Source of the DNA: Paramecium tetraurelia
Lineage: Eukaryota
Assembly: GCA_000165425.1 (NCBI GenBank)
Contig: CT867986.1
Location: forward strand, 434,001 to 498,000
Reading direction: 5' to 3'
DNA: 64,000 bases
A model generated the notes under the pieces. It saw only the letters and a program-made list of their open reading frames with translations. It did no database searches and was not told the origin of the DNA. The position numbers and the translations under genes were made by a program. Positions within the stretch are counted from its first letter, which is position 1. Every line of letters begins with the position of its first letter. Below are positions 26,444-39,091 of the stretch, one piece after another.

Positions 26444-28240
26444 ATGAATTGTAAATTTACGAAATCATATTTTGATGATTCAAAGCCTGCTGATTCATTT
26501 TGGATCAAGCAGCCTCTCGTGATTGAGGAATCCAAAATAGATTATTAATGTCTATTGTTCAAGAAAAGCTATAAAACGGGGTTTTGGGTGAGTAGAAATT
26601 ACTTAATCTACGATTCTAAACTCATCAAGGTCAAAGTAATTCTCATCTTGCTATCTTAGCCAAACATAAGACAATGTCATATTGTAAATCTGAACTTGTC
26701 TAGAATTCAAAAGTTAAAGTACGAAAATAAACAAGAAAAGGAGAGCTTCAATAAGGTTAAAGTGCCTATTCAATTTTTTAGAAGAAATATGGGTTTCGTA
26801 TCATCCGAAATAATCAGTACAGGGAGCTCTACAGTAGATCAAAAGAACTGAATTAATAACTGTGGGAACATTTAAGAAAGTGTGCTATTCTCACTCAATT
26901 CAAAGAGGATTACTCGTTGGAGAAGATGGTCGGCAAGGGGAACTTCGCGAAGGTGTATCAGACTATAAACAAGGAAACCAAAAAATTATATGCTGTAAAA
27001 GTATTTGAAAAATCCAAAATAAAAAATTCTGAAACTGACCGATTAGCCCTGGTAAAGGAAATGACCATAATGAGAAAGTTAGACCACAAGGGTTTAATTA
27101 AAATGTATGAAGTTTATGAAGATGATTCTAATGTCTTCTTTATTTTAGAGTATTTGGAAGGAGGAGAATTACATAATCACATTTAAAAAAATTAAAAATT
27201 CCCTGAAAAAGTAGTTGCCAAAATTCTAGCTACAGTTTTGGATTCATTAGATTACTTATAAAAGTCAAATGTGTTGCATAGAGATTTGAAACCCGATAAT
27301 TTAATCCTAAGGAACAAAGGAATCTTAGATGATGTAGTTATCACTGATTTTGGATTGGCTGACATTTATTCTTCTACTGGAAATTATATGTTCTCAAGAT
27401 GTGGCACTCCAGGATTTGTGGCTCCAGAAGTATTATAGGATAAACTATACGATTTCAAAATCGATATATTTAGTGTCGGTTGTTTAATGTACTTGCTTTT
27501 AACCCACAAGTAAGCCTTTAGAGGAACTAATTATGATGAAATAGTCATGAAAAACTATCATTGTAAAGTGGATTATTAATCAATTGAGAACGAAATATCA
27601 GCTGATGCTATGTCATTATTGAAATAACTTCTTCATCCAAAATCGTAATGCAGACCTTCAGCAAGACTAGCACTTAAGCACAAGTGGTTTTAAACGAATC
27701 TAGATGAAGTTCGATTTAAATAATTAAATTGTGATCTCTCTGAAACTAAAGACTCTACAATGAAGTCGAGTTTAAGTGATATCCCTTTTTTATATCTGAA
27801 TAAGAGTTAAAATTCTAAATTAAATTTCTCGACTCCTCAATAACGTCAAATTATTTAGAAAAACTAAGAATCGTAATTATTCACTCCTTAAGCAATGCTA
27901 CAAATTGATGAGTCTTTAAATGATAACATCAATTCCCTTAAAATTTTGGATGATACTATTACGGATATTCAGGTGGAAGACGAATCTCCATAATCCCATC
28001 TTCTACCTCAATATCAACTTATAAGCAAAATGAAATTAGTTGTGGACTCAAAAGCCTCATCACTCTATGGGTCTCCAATGATTTTGGTAATTATAGATTC
28101 CAATTATAATATAGAATACTCCAGATGTGACTGCAAGGAAGCTAATATAAGGTAATTAGAAAGATGAGATTGCTCAGATTCAACCTCAAAAAAGAGCTAA
28201 TAAAGTAATGAATAATTTAAGAAGTCTTGAATCTTAATGA
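26444..28240 (+). CDS. Ser/Thr protein kinase (CAMK-like) with N-terminal PH-like region
   Basis: GKGNFAKV, YAVKVFEK, HRDLKPDN, DFGLA, CGTPGFVAPE, DIFSVG; N-terminal KKSYKTGFWVSRNY...LWEHL is PH-like. Confidence 0.92.
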
Positions 28241-28301
28241 TGATTATATATTGTTTCTATGAGATTTATAAATTAATTGAATAAAAAGTACGTCATTATT
28301 A

Positions 28302-29668
28302 ATGTTAAATAAAATCCTAAGATCAATAAACAAGTTTTCAACTGTGTATCCAAAAAGGAATTTCAACATCGATTACTTGTAGGACGTAGAAATCATCACA
28401 AGAGATTATTATGGTAGTTTAAGGAATATCTTAAAGTCATTCTCAAATCATAAGATCAATCTCTATGATATCGAAACCCTAAAGTTGAATAGAACAACTA
28501 AGTATTCTTTAACTACTATAAAAGAGGCTAGAAGATAGTGGTAAAACTCACCTTTGAGAAAGTTGAAGATTATAAATTTAATGAGTTGGTTTTTGACTTG
28601 TAGTAGAGATATGACGAAGTAGTCATTAATAACGATTCCTAAATTCCAACAGTTCCTTGGTACCCTAGAAATGATGAAGACTTAAAAACAAGTACTTTTT
28701 ATAATCATATAATAAGTTGGGCTAATCATGTAGGTAAATGAAGAAAACAATTAAGATCACCCTTAATTCAAAGATTAGGAATATAGAAAAAGAAGAGAAG
28801 AAATAGCAAAGATATCATAGGCTCATATGGTGGGAGAGCCAGTGCCCTATATAAATTACACATAAGAAGAAGAAGAAACGTGGAAAAAGATATACACAAT
28901 TTTAAGAGGAAAGGTTGAACAAGTGATGTCTCAAAGATATCTAAGAAATCTAGCCAAAATAGAAAATGCTTTGGGATTTAAATATAAAATTCCTTAGTTG
29001 AGAGATATTGATTCCTATCTGAAGGCAGAAACTGGATTTAGGATAAAAGCAACTCATGGAATTTTAAGTCAAAGAGAATTTTTAAATTCTCTAGGACACA
29101 GAGTATTCTGTTGTACTCAATACATGAGACATCATTCCACACCAGAATATACTCCAGAACCAGATATTGTTCATGAATTAGTGGTATTTAAAGAGTTTAA
29201 TTTATTAGGGTCATGTACCATTATTTGCAGATAAAGAAGTAGCCGACTTATCTTAAGAGATTGGCATTCTCTCATGTGGAGCAGAGCAAAAGGATTTATC
29301 AAGACTAGGAACCTTGTATTGGTTTACACTTGAATTTGGAGCCTGTAAAGAAAATGGACAAATTAAAGGATATGGTGCAGGAATCGCTAGTTCTATTGGA
29401 GAATGTGAAGTAAGAGATCGCTTATATCATATAGCATTTCCCAAAAGCTAAATATGAAAAATTTGATCCTTTCATACATGCAGACAGGGCCTACCCTATA
29501 CAAACTGTATAGCCGACTTATATGTATACTGAAAACTTTGATGAAGCTATGCAAAATTTGATTATCTTCGGTAAAAGTCTATAAAAGCCTTTTGGATTGT
29601 ACTACGATCATATCGAGAAAGAATTAAAGGCCACAAGAAGGATTAAAACTCATCTTAATAGTCAATGA
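28302..29668 (+). CDS. PAH: Phenylalanine 4-hydroxylase (biopterin-dependent aromatic amino acid hydroxylase) with ACT-like domain
   Basis: VPWYPR, DHPQFKDQEYRKRR, FCCTQYMRH, YTPEPDIVHELV|GHVPLF, LYWFTLEFG, YGAGIASS; His/His/Glu iron ligands present. Confidence 0.92.
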
Positions 29669-29795
29669 ATGTTTCTGTATTCAAAATATAATACATATAA
29701 TTTATTTGTATTAAATATCAAATTTCAGTAAGAATGTAGATTTCTTATTGTAATTATTAATGGGTTGAAATACTTAAATAAATATATGAATTATG

Positions 29796-30907
29796 TCAAT
29801 TTTGCTTGATAAAAGTAAATTTTTGATCAGAAGGGTTAATGAGGTACTTCAAAACAGATTCTTCTGGCTTAAAATTATAATGAGACATAAAATTATATCT
29901 GTTTGAGAATATTTTAAATATTTCCTTTATTTTAAAACTGCTACTTCCAATATCATGGTCAGGATCTTATGGACTGATCAAAGAGAATTTATCATCAGGT
30001 GTAGGCTTATTAACAATGCTCCCTCCATTAACCATCAAAATTCGCTTTTTTTGGTAATCGAATTTCGAGCCATAAAATTCTAGGAACCTCAAAATATATT
30101 CTCCAAGGGTAATATTTTTTAGTTGTTCTTATTTCTTATTAGCAAAGGCTTCCTTTCTTACTTCTCTTAGGAATGCTAAAATCATTTGGAAAAGTAAGAA
30201 GGAACCTATTCCACCACTATAGGTTTCATTGAGGTCACGTTGTTTCAATATACATTTTAATATCATTATTAGGTATTTGAATTCGGGGTAAATTGTAAAG
30301 GCTTTTTGAATTTCATCGATTTACCTAATGCCATCCATTTAATTGAAGGAGATATCAAATTGATATGAGGATTCAATTTCAAAGAATTTTATGATTGGTA
30401 CTTTAGCTTTGGCAATTAAATTCACATTTTCAAATTTATCACTTTTCATCAAATTTTAAGCTACTTTTTTATATAATTCCTTTGCAGACATGTTTTTGTC
30501 AATCATTACAACATCGATATCTGCATTAGGTAAATTAAAGTTTTGTCTTAAAACTACCGAATGCCTAGATATCTACTTCTGAAACACACTCCTTTTATAA
30601 ACGTTTCAACTCTCATGAATGCCTACTCTCTTTTTCTGTGCTCTTCAATCGTAGGAGAGATGTAATCATAAAACTCGATGATCTCATTGTGAAATCTAAT
30701 TGTTGGATGTTTAATAGAGGCTGTCTTTTGACTAAACCATGGAGTAATCTCACTGTCAAATTAGTTATCATTTTACTTTATTTACTTTTAACTAAATTTA
30801 AAAAATCAAACTTACATTTTTGGTTCATCATCATCAATGATTATGGCTTGATTTTTGTTTTCAAAATTCTTTATTCTCAAAGAAAAATGTTTGTGCTTTT
30901 CTGACAT
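29796..30907 (-). CDS. Trf4/Trf5 (PAP2/TENT4)-like non-canonical poly(A) polymerase; two apparent +1 bases
   Basis: AFGSFKTKL(Y)LPNADIDV, AKVPIIKF, FDISFN, RDLNETYSGGIGSF, DPDHDIGSSSF. Confidence 0.88.
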
Positions 30908-31602
30908 ATTGAAGCAAAATTAAATTAATTTATATATAAAATATTTAACCACTCTATATAAAATTAAGTTTCGGTATATTGATTATTCTTTATTGTAATC
31001 AATAATAAGGATACATTAATTAGCAGAATCTGAAAAAAGCATTATTTTAACAACTTTGCAACTAATTTACAGATTAAAATATTTCAATTTATAGATCACT
31101 CTTAAAAATACAAATTAATAATTAAAAAGCAACTTTTGGCATGATTCTCTGTTGTAAAACATATAAATTTAAATAGTATAAAAACATTAGAAAACCATTT
31201 TTTATATCTTGACTTTATTTCTAATTATGAATATGAAAAAGGGACAACTTTATATAATTAAAAACAATGAATTAAATTGTAAATGTCAATCCTATTAATA
31301 CAAAGACTGTTTCCATGTTTATATTAAATAACAAAATTTGTACATAACACAAAGCTTATTTTTTAATAAATTTAATACCAATTATATTTTGTGAACTATC
31401 TTCTATCTCATATGATTTTTAATCATTTCTCTATATTTAATCTCTACTTCTCATACATGATGCCAATTTACTTGACTTAATATATAAAAAATTATAGACA
31501 TGGAATTTTCTTTTCGATTTTACCAACAGCACAAAGGTGTATAAAATGCACAATTAAATTGATGTGTTGATTAATACTTATATATATATTGCAAATTTTA
31601 AA

Positions 31603-32072
31603 TCAAAGAACTGAACCAGCAGCTGATGCTATCTTTGGCCATAAATCAGCAGCTTCCTTTCCAACTGGGCCTGTAATTGCAGATCCTTTCATTTCACCCT
31701 TTGGATTGATAATAACTCCAGCATTATCTAACAATTAGTTTCATAATTAACCTTCAAAGTAGATGTAATATCCTTCTCGACGTCTGTATGGTTTTCTTTG
31801 TCTTACAACAACAGCTTACATGACTAAGATTAAATTAATCAATTACCCTTCTTTCTAAGTGCTGGCTTACCCTATTTGACAGAGCACAAAACCATATCAC
31901 CAATGGAAGCAGATGGTAATCTGCTCAAATGTCCCTTAATTCCGAATGTTGAAATCACGTAGATATTTTTTGCTCCTGAGTTATCAGCGCAATTGAGAAC
32001 AGCACCGACATTACAAGCAAGTGTAATTCTCAATTTGATACCAACTTGACCTCCTCTTCCTCTCTTTGACAT
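31603..32072 (-). CDS. RPL23: 60S ribosomal protein L23 (uL14)
   Basis: [64 protein letters not shown]; two tiny introns. Confidence 0.98.
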
Positions 32073-32509
32073 TGATAATTTTTATTAATTTTTAAAATAG
32101 ATTTGTGAATAATTTAAGTCTTAATAATCTATAGATCAAATACATATAATAAAACCAATAAATTTACTATTGAAGAAGGAATTGAATATAGAAGTCAGGC
32201 TAAAAGGTGATCAAGCACAGGGATTATGAGAATTTATTAAACTCTTAAAATGTTAGTTTAAGAAAGATTAACAATGCAATATCATATAAGATAATTGTGT
32301 TATAAGCTGAGATAATTGCAACTGATTGATCTATATATTAATTCCTACCTCCTTAAAGAGTAGAATTAGTTTATATTCAATTTCAATCAATATGAAACTA
32401 CTTCATTATAAATACATAAGGTTAAATTAGACTAGTAAGATCTATAAGAAGAGAATGATGAATTTCTTTATAAGTTTATTTCTGAAATTTTTAATGTTTA
32501 TTTCATTTG

Positions 32510-33867
32510 ATGAAATAATTATAGTAATTATAATCATAAGAGGAGAAGACATGCAAAAGGTTTTTGGTGGCTAAAAGTGTTTCTTAAGAACATAGAATTA
32601 AAAGCAATGACAGTAGACCTAATAACATCTTTATGCCAACTTATGATGAGTATCTGTTATAAAATGGGCCAAAATTTACAGAAAATGGGGACTTGGTTTA
32701 ACATTCAATTGTAGGTAAGAGCGAGTGGTTTAATAAACAAAAACTTGGGAAAAGACTTCAATTTGATGATTTGGCCTCTAAGCAATTACCATTTCATAAA
32801 GGAATAATTAGATAGGACACAGCAGATAAAGGATCTGCACCAAAGAGTGAGTAAAAAAGCACAAAATTTGGGAGTAGTACGAAGTTAAAGAAAAATCATA
32901 ATAACAATTTAACAACAAAAAATCAACTAATTGAAGAATTGAATAATATTATGTAGAGAATAAAAACCAATTCAGATGTAGAAAAAGGGAAAGTAGAGTA
33001 GGTATGCTTTTGAATTAATTAAGTTGGAACCGTAATTGAAAAGGGTGTTGACAAAAGAAACTAGAGTTTTAAGTAAACATGAGGAGACCGAAAAATACTG
33101 GAACTACTTTACTGAAAGACAGGCTTGTTTATTAAATAGGGATAGGATTAGTTCTCAATTGTTGCAGGCAGAAAAATACAAATTAAAAAATGATACTGCA
33201 TAAGTATTTAATGTACTCAATACTGAATACGAAAGAATTGCAGTCAATAATTGGTAAAAAACGTTGAGGAAATTTGAAAATTCTAAATCCAAGAAAATCA
33301 AAGTAAGAGGAAAAGAAATGATTATTGAAAAGGAATAAAAAGAAGATTTTATAGTTGTATAAATGATTCAATAAATAGGGTTCTGATTTGCCTAGAGCTT
33401 TTAGTGAACAGTCCTTAGTGGGTAGTCGTTTAGAATATATATAAAAGCCAGAGGTTAAAGTTATAAATGACCCATTGGCTTTTAAGAGTTTCAAGAGCAA
33501 TAAGTACTTACTTCAGAGATTGGATGAAACTCAAGATTATTTTTAAAATTCTTATATGATATCTCCGGATAAAAGAAATGATTTCGATAAACTAATTATT
33601 TTAGGCAAGAGTTAGTTTGAAATTGAGAAGGAAATGCTCTTGAATGATGGTGGAGACAGTACGGGTGTGTATCGTAAAGACATTGATAAACCTCCAGATG
33701 AATATACAAAAGAGTAAATTTATGAACAACAATATGCAAATAAAGTTAAGTTAATTCTACCATAATTAGGAAAGTGGAAATCTAAAAAGTTAGGCCCATT
33801 AACAAATTAGAGTGAGAAATCTGAATTGAGTGATGAGTGGGTTGCTGATGATATCCTTAAAATCTGA
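32510..33867 (+). CDS. Hypothetical protein, possibly MYCBPAP/FAP147 N-terminal-like
   Basis: Code-6 ORF with FLVAK, GPKFTENGDLVQHSIVG and YWNYFTERQACLLNR..AEKYK; resemblance is from memory, not computed. Confidence 0.4.
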
Positions 33868-33904
33868 TAATTTATATATATATATAGATATATTATTAAT
33901 AAAT

Positions 33905-35791
33905 TCATCCAAATTAAATTGCAATACTACCAGGCATAGATCTGTGGATCATCACTTCATTCTCTTCAATCATCATACTCTTAAATTCTTATCCGAAGTA
34001 AGCATCCTTATTTTCATTAGTAAAACAAGCTTTTTATCCTTCAAGTTTTGGTTCTTTAAATAAGCATATTCTCAATTAAGCTGAATTTGGGTATCTAATG
34101 TCTAACAAAGCAATCTAATAATTTATATATATATAATTACTTCACACTTTCCCATAGATCCTAACAACTCAAATTATGCATTCATAAAATCCATTTGATT
34201 GCATATTACTGATGTGAAATAAAACACTTCTCCTTCACAAGCATTCCATAATAGTACTACAACACATTTGGCTGTATCAGTTAAATAAATAGGATATTCA
34301 GCTGATGCAGACATTCCTTAATTTATTAAGCATATCTCTGGCTTATCTAAGAATAAATAATCATTATGAAATGAGGCAATAACTATATCTTGATTTTTAT
34401 CTCTTTTGAATTTACTAACTCCTAATATAACAGTTTTATCGCTGTGAAATTTAACTGAATTAGCTTAAACATCAGGTAAGTCCATTCCAATTTTTTATAT
34501 TGGATTTTTATTCCCACAAATTTATGTACTTGCACCACTCCAATCACAATCTTTAAGGAAATTCAAACAAACTTTCCTTTATTCAACCCATTAACCTATT
34601 TCCCTTTTATTTGTTTCACATTTTCCATTCCTTTCTCCCTATAATTACAATAAATTGCAATAATCTGTTAAGGCCTTTCTATGTCAATTAATACAAATAA
34701 TTACTTTAAATTTTATCCGATTTTTTAATATTCCTTGACTGATGATAATTATCCTTTTCCTTCCGATACTAATTCGCTTATACTTTTTAATGTATATCTA
34801 ATAGGAGTTGGTTCCAATTCAGTTTCTCTTAGCCAATCTTTAGGTGTATTCTCTGTACTCTAGGGTCCAATTTCAATCGTGAAACTTTGAGTACTTAGTT
34901 TAGACACATCACTATATGCCTTGGCTTCTTGTTCCTTTGGTAATATTTATTACCCTATCACGCCTTTTAGAAGGGCAGATGTGATTGTAGCTGCTTATTT
35001 TAGATCGATTTCTTTAAACTTCTTTTAATCAAAATCATCGACGATGGCAGGTGGTAGAGTATATACATAACCTACTTTAGATCCAAGGATTATATCAGTT
35101 GCATAATGTGTTCCAAAATTACTGAGAAATTCCAAATATTAAGGTGCTGAATATTCAACAGGTAGAGCAGATAATTGGTCGATAAAACTTTGATGAAATT
35201 CTGCTAATTCAGGAACTTGAGTAATTTGAGCTATTTAACAGGTCGCCATAGAAATCACAAAGGTGGCAGATGTTTACTCTATTTTTTATTGCATGTGGTT
35301 GAATTCAGAGGAAGCTGTGAATGCCCATGGAGTAATATCAATATTAGACACTAAATTTACTCTATATTGTTAGAGATAACATACCCAATAAAAGAACTCA
35401 TATAGTTTTGAATTTGCTCTGTATTTTTGATAACAAATGACTCGAAGTTGTATTTGCACCCTTTCTTTGTTATGACATTTAAATTGTCTGGAATTTTATG
35501 TCTTCCATCTGAAGTTACTTATTTTTTGCTATACGAAGTCAGAAAGATGTTTCTCCCTGTGAATCCTGGGTCTGAAGTTTCTCTCCAGGTTATTGGATTG
35601 CCCAAGAATAAATTATACCCACTAAAAATGAAATCAATATTTGCAATGGCCTTAGGATCTGCAGCTTAAAAATTACCTCCGTCGTGGATTTCTTGCATCA
35701 ATAAATGTTATAGATTCTTCTACTATTTCTCGTTTATTTCTAAGAATCCGCTTGCTATAACAATAACAATGAGAAGTAATGCAGTTCTCAT
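33905..35791 (-). CDS. Secreted MACPF (perforin-like) protein with Cys-rich beta-rich C-terminal domain
   Basis: Signal peptide MRTALLLIVIVIASG; SGYNLFLGNP..DPGF; MACPF signature FGTHYATDIILGS; W..EPTPIRYTL; ALTDYC; three tiny introns. Confidence 0.88.
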
Positions 35792-35824
35792 AAATAAAAA
35801 CGTATTATAAATTAATAATATAAA

Positions 35825-36508
35825 ATGGACTAGATGGATAATTAGTTTTAGGAAAAATTCTAATAGTTGTTAAAACTCAAAGAAATCTATACTACCAGAA
35901 ATGTCTTACCTGAAAGACTGCAAAGATTGAAACTGGTAGATATCAATTTCTAACTCAAATACATCCGATAAAAACAATAAAATAGATTTAACCTCATTCT
36001 TAACAATTCAATCGCTTCTCAAAATATACCAAAAAAACAAGCAACCGAAAGAAGTTTCTCCAATTAATTGAGTCATCTGAATATTGCTGATTAATAAAAT
36101 ATTTGTTTAAGTTGCGATAAGTATATTTTTGAAAAGAAAGTAAAATTACTTTGCCAAAACAAATCTAGTCACAACTACCATTCAAATTGCTTAGCTAATA
36201 TTATGAAACAGCAACTGGCTAATTAGTGTATAAGTTTCTAATGCTTATGTAAAAGTTAAATAAATAATGGATAAATCACAAGATAAAAAATATTAGAATT
36301 AGAAGTTTACATAAATAGATTAATGATTAATTAGTTAAATTATTTAAAAACCCATTACTAGTTTATCAAATAATGTGCAAATAAAGATTGTGATTTTTTT
36401 TGGATCTATAAATAACAGCAAAGGCAAATCAGATCACGTTCTAACTCCCCCGTTAAATCTTACAAAATCACTTATGCTAATTATTGTCCAGATTGTAGAT
36501 TTTTATGA
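35825..36508 (+). CDS. RING-like + IBR-like zinc-finger protein
   Basis: CLSC..LC..HNYHSNCL..CLC followed by CANKDC...YCPDC*. Confidence 0.6.
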
Positions 36509-36545
36509 TTTGAAGTAATTAATATATTATATATAAATTATTTAT

Positions 36546-38806
36546 TCAACAAACATATTTTGGAACTTATTAATTCCAGTTCCATGGATTTTAATTGCAT
36601 CTATTTTTAATGTATGGATTGGCTCCATTTTCTAATAGTATATCGGCTACACGATAGTATCCTAAAGCAACTGCATAATGAAGTGCAGTGTTTCCATCTA
36701 ACTAATTTTTAACTAACTCCTTACATCCTTATTGTTGACTTGCACATTTAAACTCATCATGTACTACACCAACTCGGCATTCCCAGATTGCGCTGCAAGC
36801 ATAATATATGGTTTTCCTGCTATATTTCTTTAGTTTAAAGAAAAATTTGGATGCGATCTCAAGAATTCTTTCAACTCATCAAATAGATTATGTTCAATCA
36901 TCATTTAAACCAATTGTGTTTAAGAACTTTCCTTTTTAATAATTTGCTCAAATAACTACAAATTCTATAATCTCAATTATTATTTATATTTAATAGTCTA
37001 AATTATATGTAAATTTACCTTCAAGTTGAAATCTTTTATTATACTATCCATTTATAAACTTTTATTAATATCTTATACATCTTCAAAAATTTGATCTGAG
37101 TTTAAATTATGCATTGATTTACTCATTCTTCTCTATATAATTTTATTAGGAACATTTAAGACTACATTATTTGAATTTTGATTTGACAAAAGAAAAATAT
37201 TAGAAAATTATTAAGGTTCTTGATTTTCAAATAAATGTGATCTTCTTCCCTAAATTTTTGCCTCTCTTGTTTTTCTTCGCAAATTCAATAGCATGGCTTT
37301 CTTGTCCAAATTTGGGGGAATCAATTATTATTGCTATTCAAAATAATTGTTATCTTCAAGATCAGTTAACTGATCTAAATTAATATAACCTCCTATTAAA
37401 ATGTCTGAGTAGTATTAATAGTAAAGGGCAGATACAAATCTTTTCACTTGAGAATTTTCTGATTGAATCTATGGTATAGACTCTTCAATGTTGTTTTTAT
37501 AAATCAATTAATCTAAATCAGTATAATCAACTGATAAAAGGGCATTTTTTGTTTAGTTATCCAATATTGATATTATAGGATCAATGTGATAGCTAGTTTA
37601 GCAGCTCGATAGATAAGTTGTGAAATACTCTACTTATTTTATTTTAGGCTCTTCTTATTCTTATTCTGATTCTGAAATATCATTTATTTCATCTACCTAA
37701 ATTTCACTTAAAATATCTATCCTAATCTAAAAAATATAAAATATATACATCCCAAATGATTTTATATCCTATTTATACCTAAATTTCTGATCATATATCT
37801 CAGTTTGAACACACTTCAATTTGTGATTCTTTATATACATTTTTCTTTACTCATGAATTAATTGATTTTTTTTCTTTTTAGCTTTTTCATTTTATTGTTT
37901 TATCCACTCAAGGGTTTCAAGTATATACTAATAAATTATATGTTTATTTAATAATTTTTCAATAAATTAATTAAAATAGAGCTTAAATTATTAAGAAGAT
38001 TTCCTATATTGTTATTAATCTTAAAATTAAGTTGAAGAGAAATTTTCTTTCCAAATTTAAGAAAATTTTCTTAAGAGCTGCTTTGATTCTGATTTTTCGT
38101 TTTGATAATCTTTTATATTCTTTAATACTTTGGAGAGAAATATTTATTATTTTTAATTATTTTATTATTTATTTCTTATTTTAACTTTTGACATTTTTTA
38201 ATAAGTTGAATAATTAGTAGTCATAAAAATAGATTTTCTGATATTACCACCTTGTTTAAATTGAATGGGAGTATTATCTACCATTTCCTCTTCAATTTGA
38301 TTCAACTTTATTAATTCCCCCATCATTGAATTGATCCTAGTCTTCGATCTGTATTAAAAAGGACTCAATCCTTACACATCATTTACTAATTCATTTTTAA
38401 ATGGCTAAGGATTTAAAGTTGTAAGTTAATAAAGCGATACAACTCTATTTGTTTTTGGTAAACGATTAGTGATAAGTTCTGAAGATAGTATGCTAGCCGA
38501 TTATTGCCTTTCTGTATTAATCCCATATGATTATTACTCAATATTTTGAGATAATTATCCCTTTGTGTGAGTTGGAATTGTTGACAGACTTCTGTAATCA
38601 ACAGTAGTTTAAGCTCTTGATTCGGAATAAGTTTATTAATTCTGTATTTTTTAGATGTCTAGCTTTTTGTAATTAAGTAACTTGATTGACCTATCGCTGT
38701 TAGTTTAAACTAATTTTCTGGTGATGTAGAATGTTGATTTTGGAGAAGCATATGTTTGGACAACATCTTATTTGGGAGATTTTAGTTTCACATTGTGTTT
38801 AATCAT
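36546..38806 (-). CDS. C-terminal ankyrin-repeat protein (5' extent uncertain; may include indels or be two genes)
   Basis: GKPYIMLAAQSGN..VNNKD|LDGNTALHYAVALG..LLENGANPYIKN..PW. The upstream low-complexity part needs frame corrections. Confidence 0.6.
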
Positions 38807-39091
38807 CTTTAATAAATAAACCTAATACTTAAATATATATTAAACTTTTTATGATTAAGAATGATAAATTGGAAAAGTCTAATTTATCCTCTAAAGTTAC
38901 TGACTAAAATGTGATGAGAACTTCGATTGAGATAATAATGTTGGTTTTTATTTGTTACATAGATTTCAATTATTTATTATATGTTCATTCTGAATAAAAT
39001 GACTGAAAAACAAAGTAAATATGTAATTATATATATACACAAAACTTAAGTAAATAATGTGATATGATATTGTAATTTTCTTGTTATAATA

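Noticed and set aside
32226..32510. 94-codon ORF whose TGA overlaps the next ATG (TGATG), suggesting translational coupling
   Set aside because: No homology cue; ORFs this long arise by chance with a single stop codon.
35955..35975. CATCCGATAAAAAC resembling a DnaJ HPDKN motif
   Set aside because: No frame gives HPD; the open frame reads YIRQKQ and continues cleanly into the zinc finger.
38911..38993. GTGATGA...CTGA resembling a box C/D snoRNA
   Set aside because: No terminal stem or recognisable rRNA guide; such motifs are frequent in AT-rich DNA.
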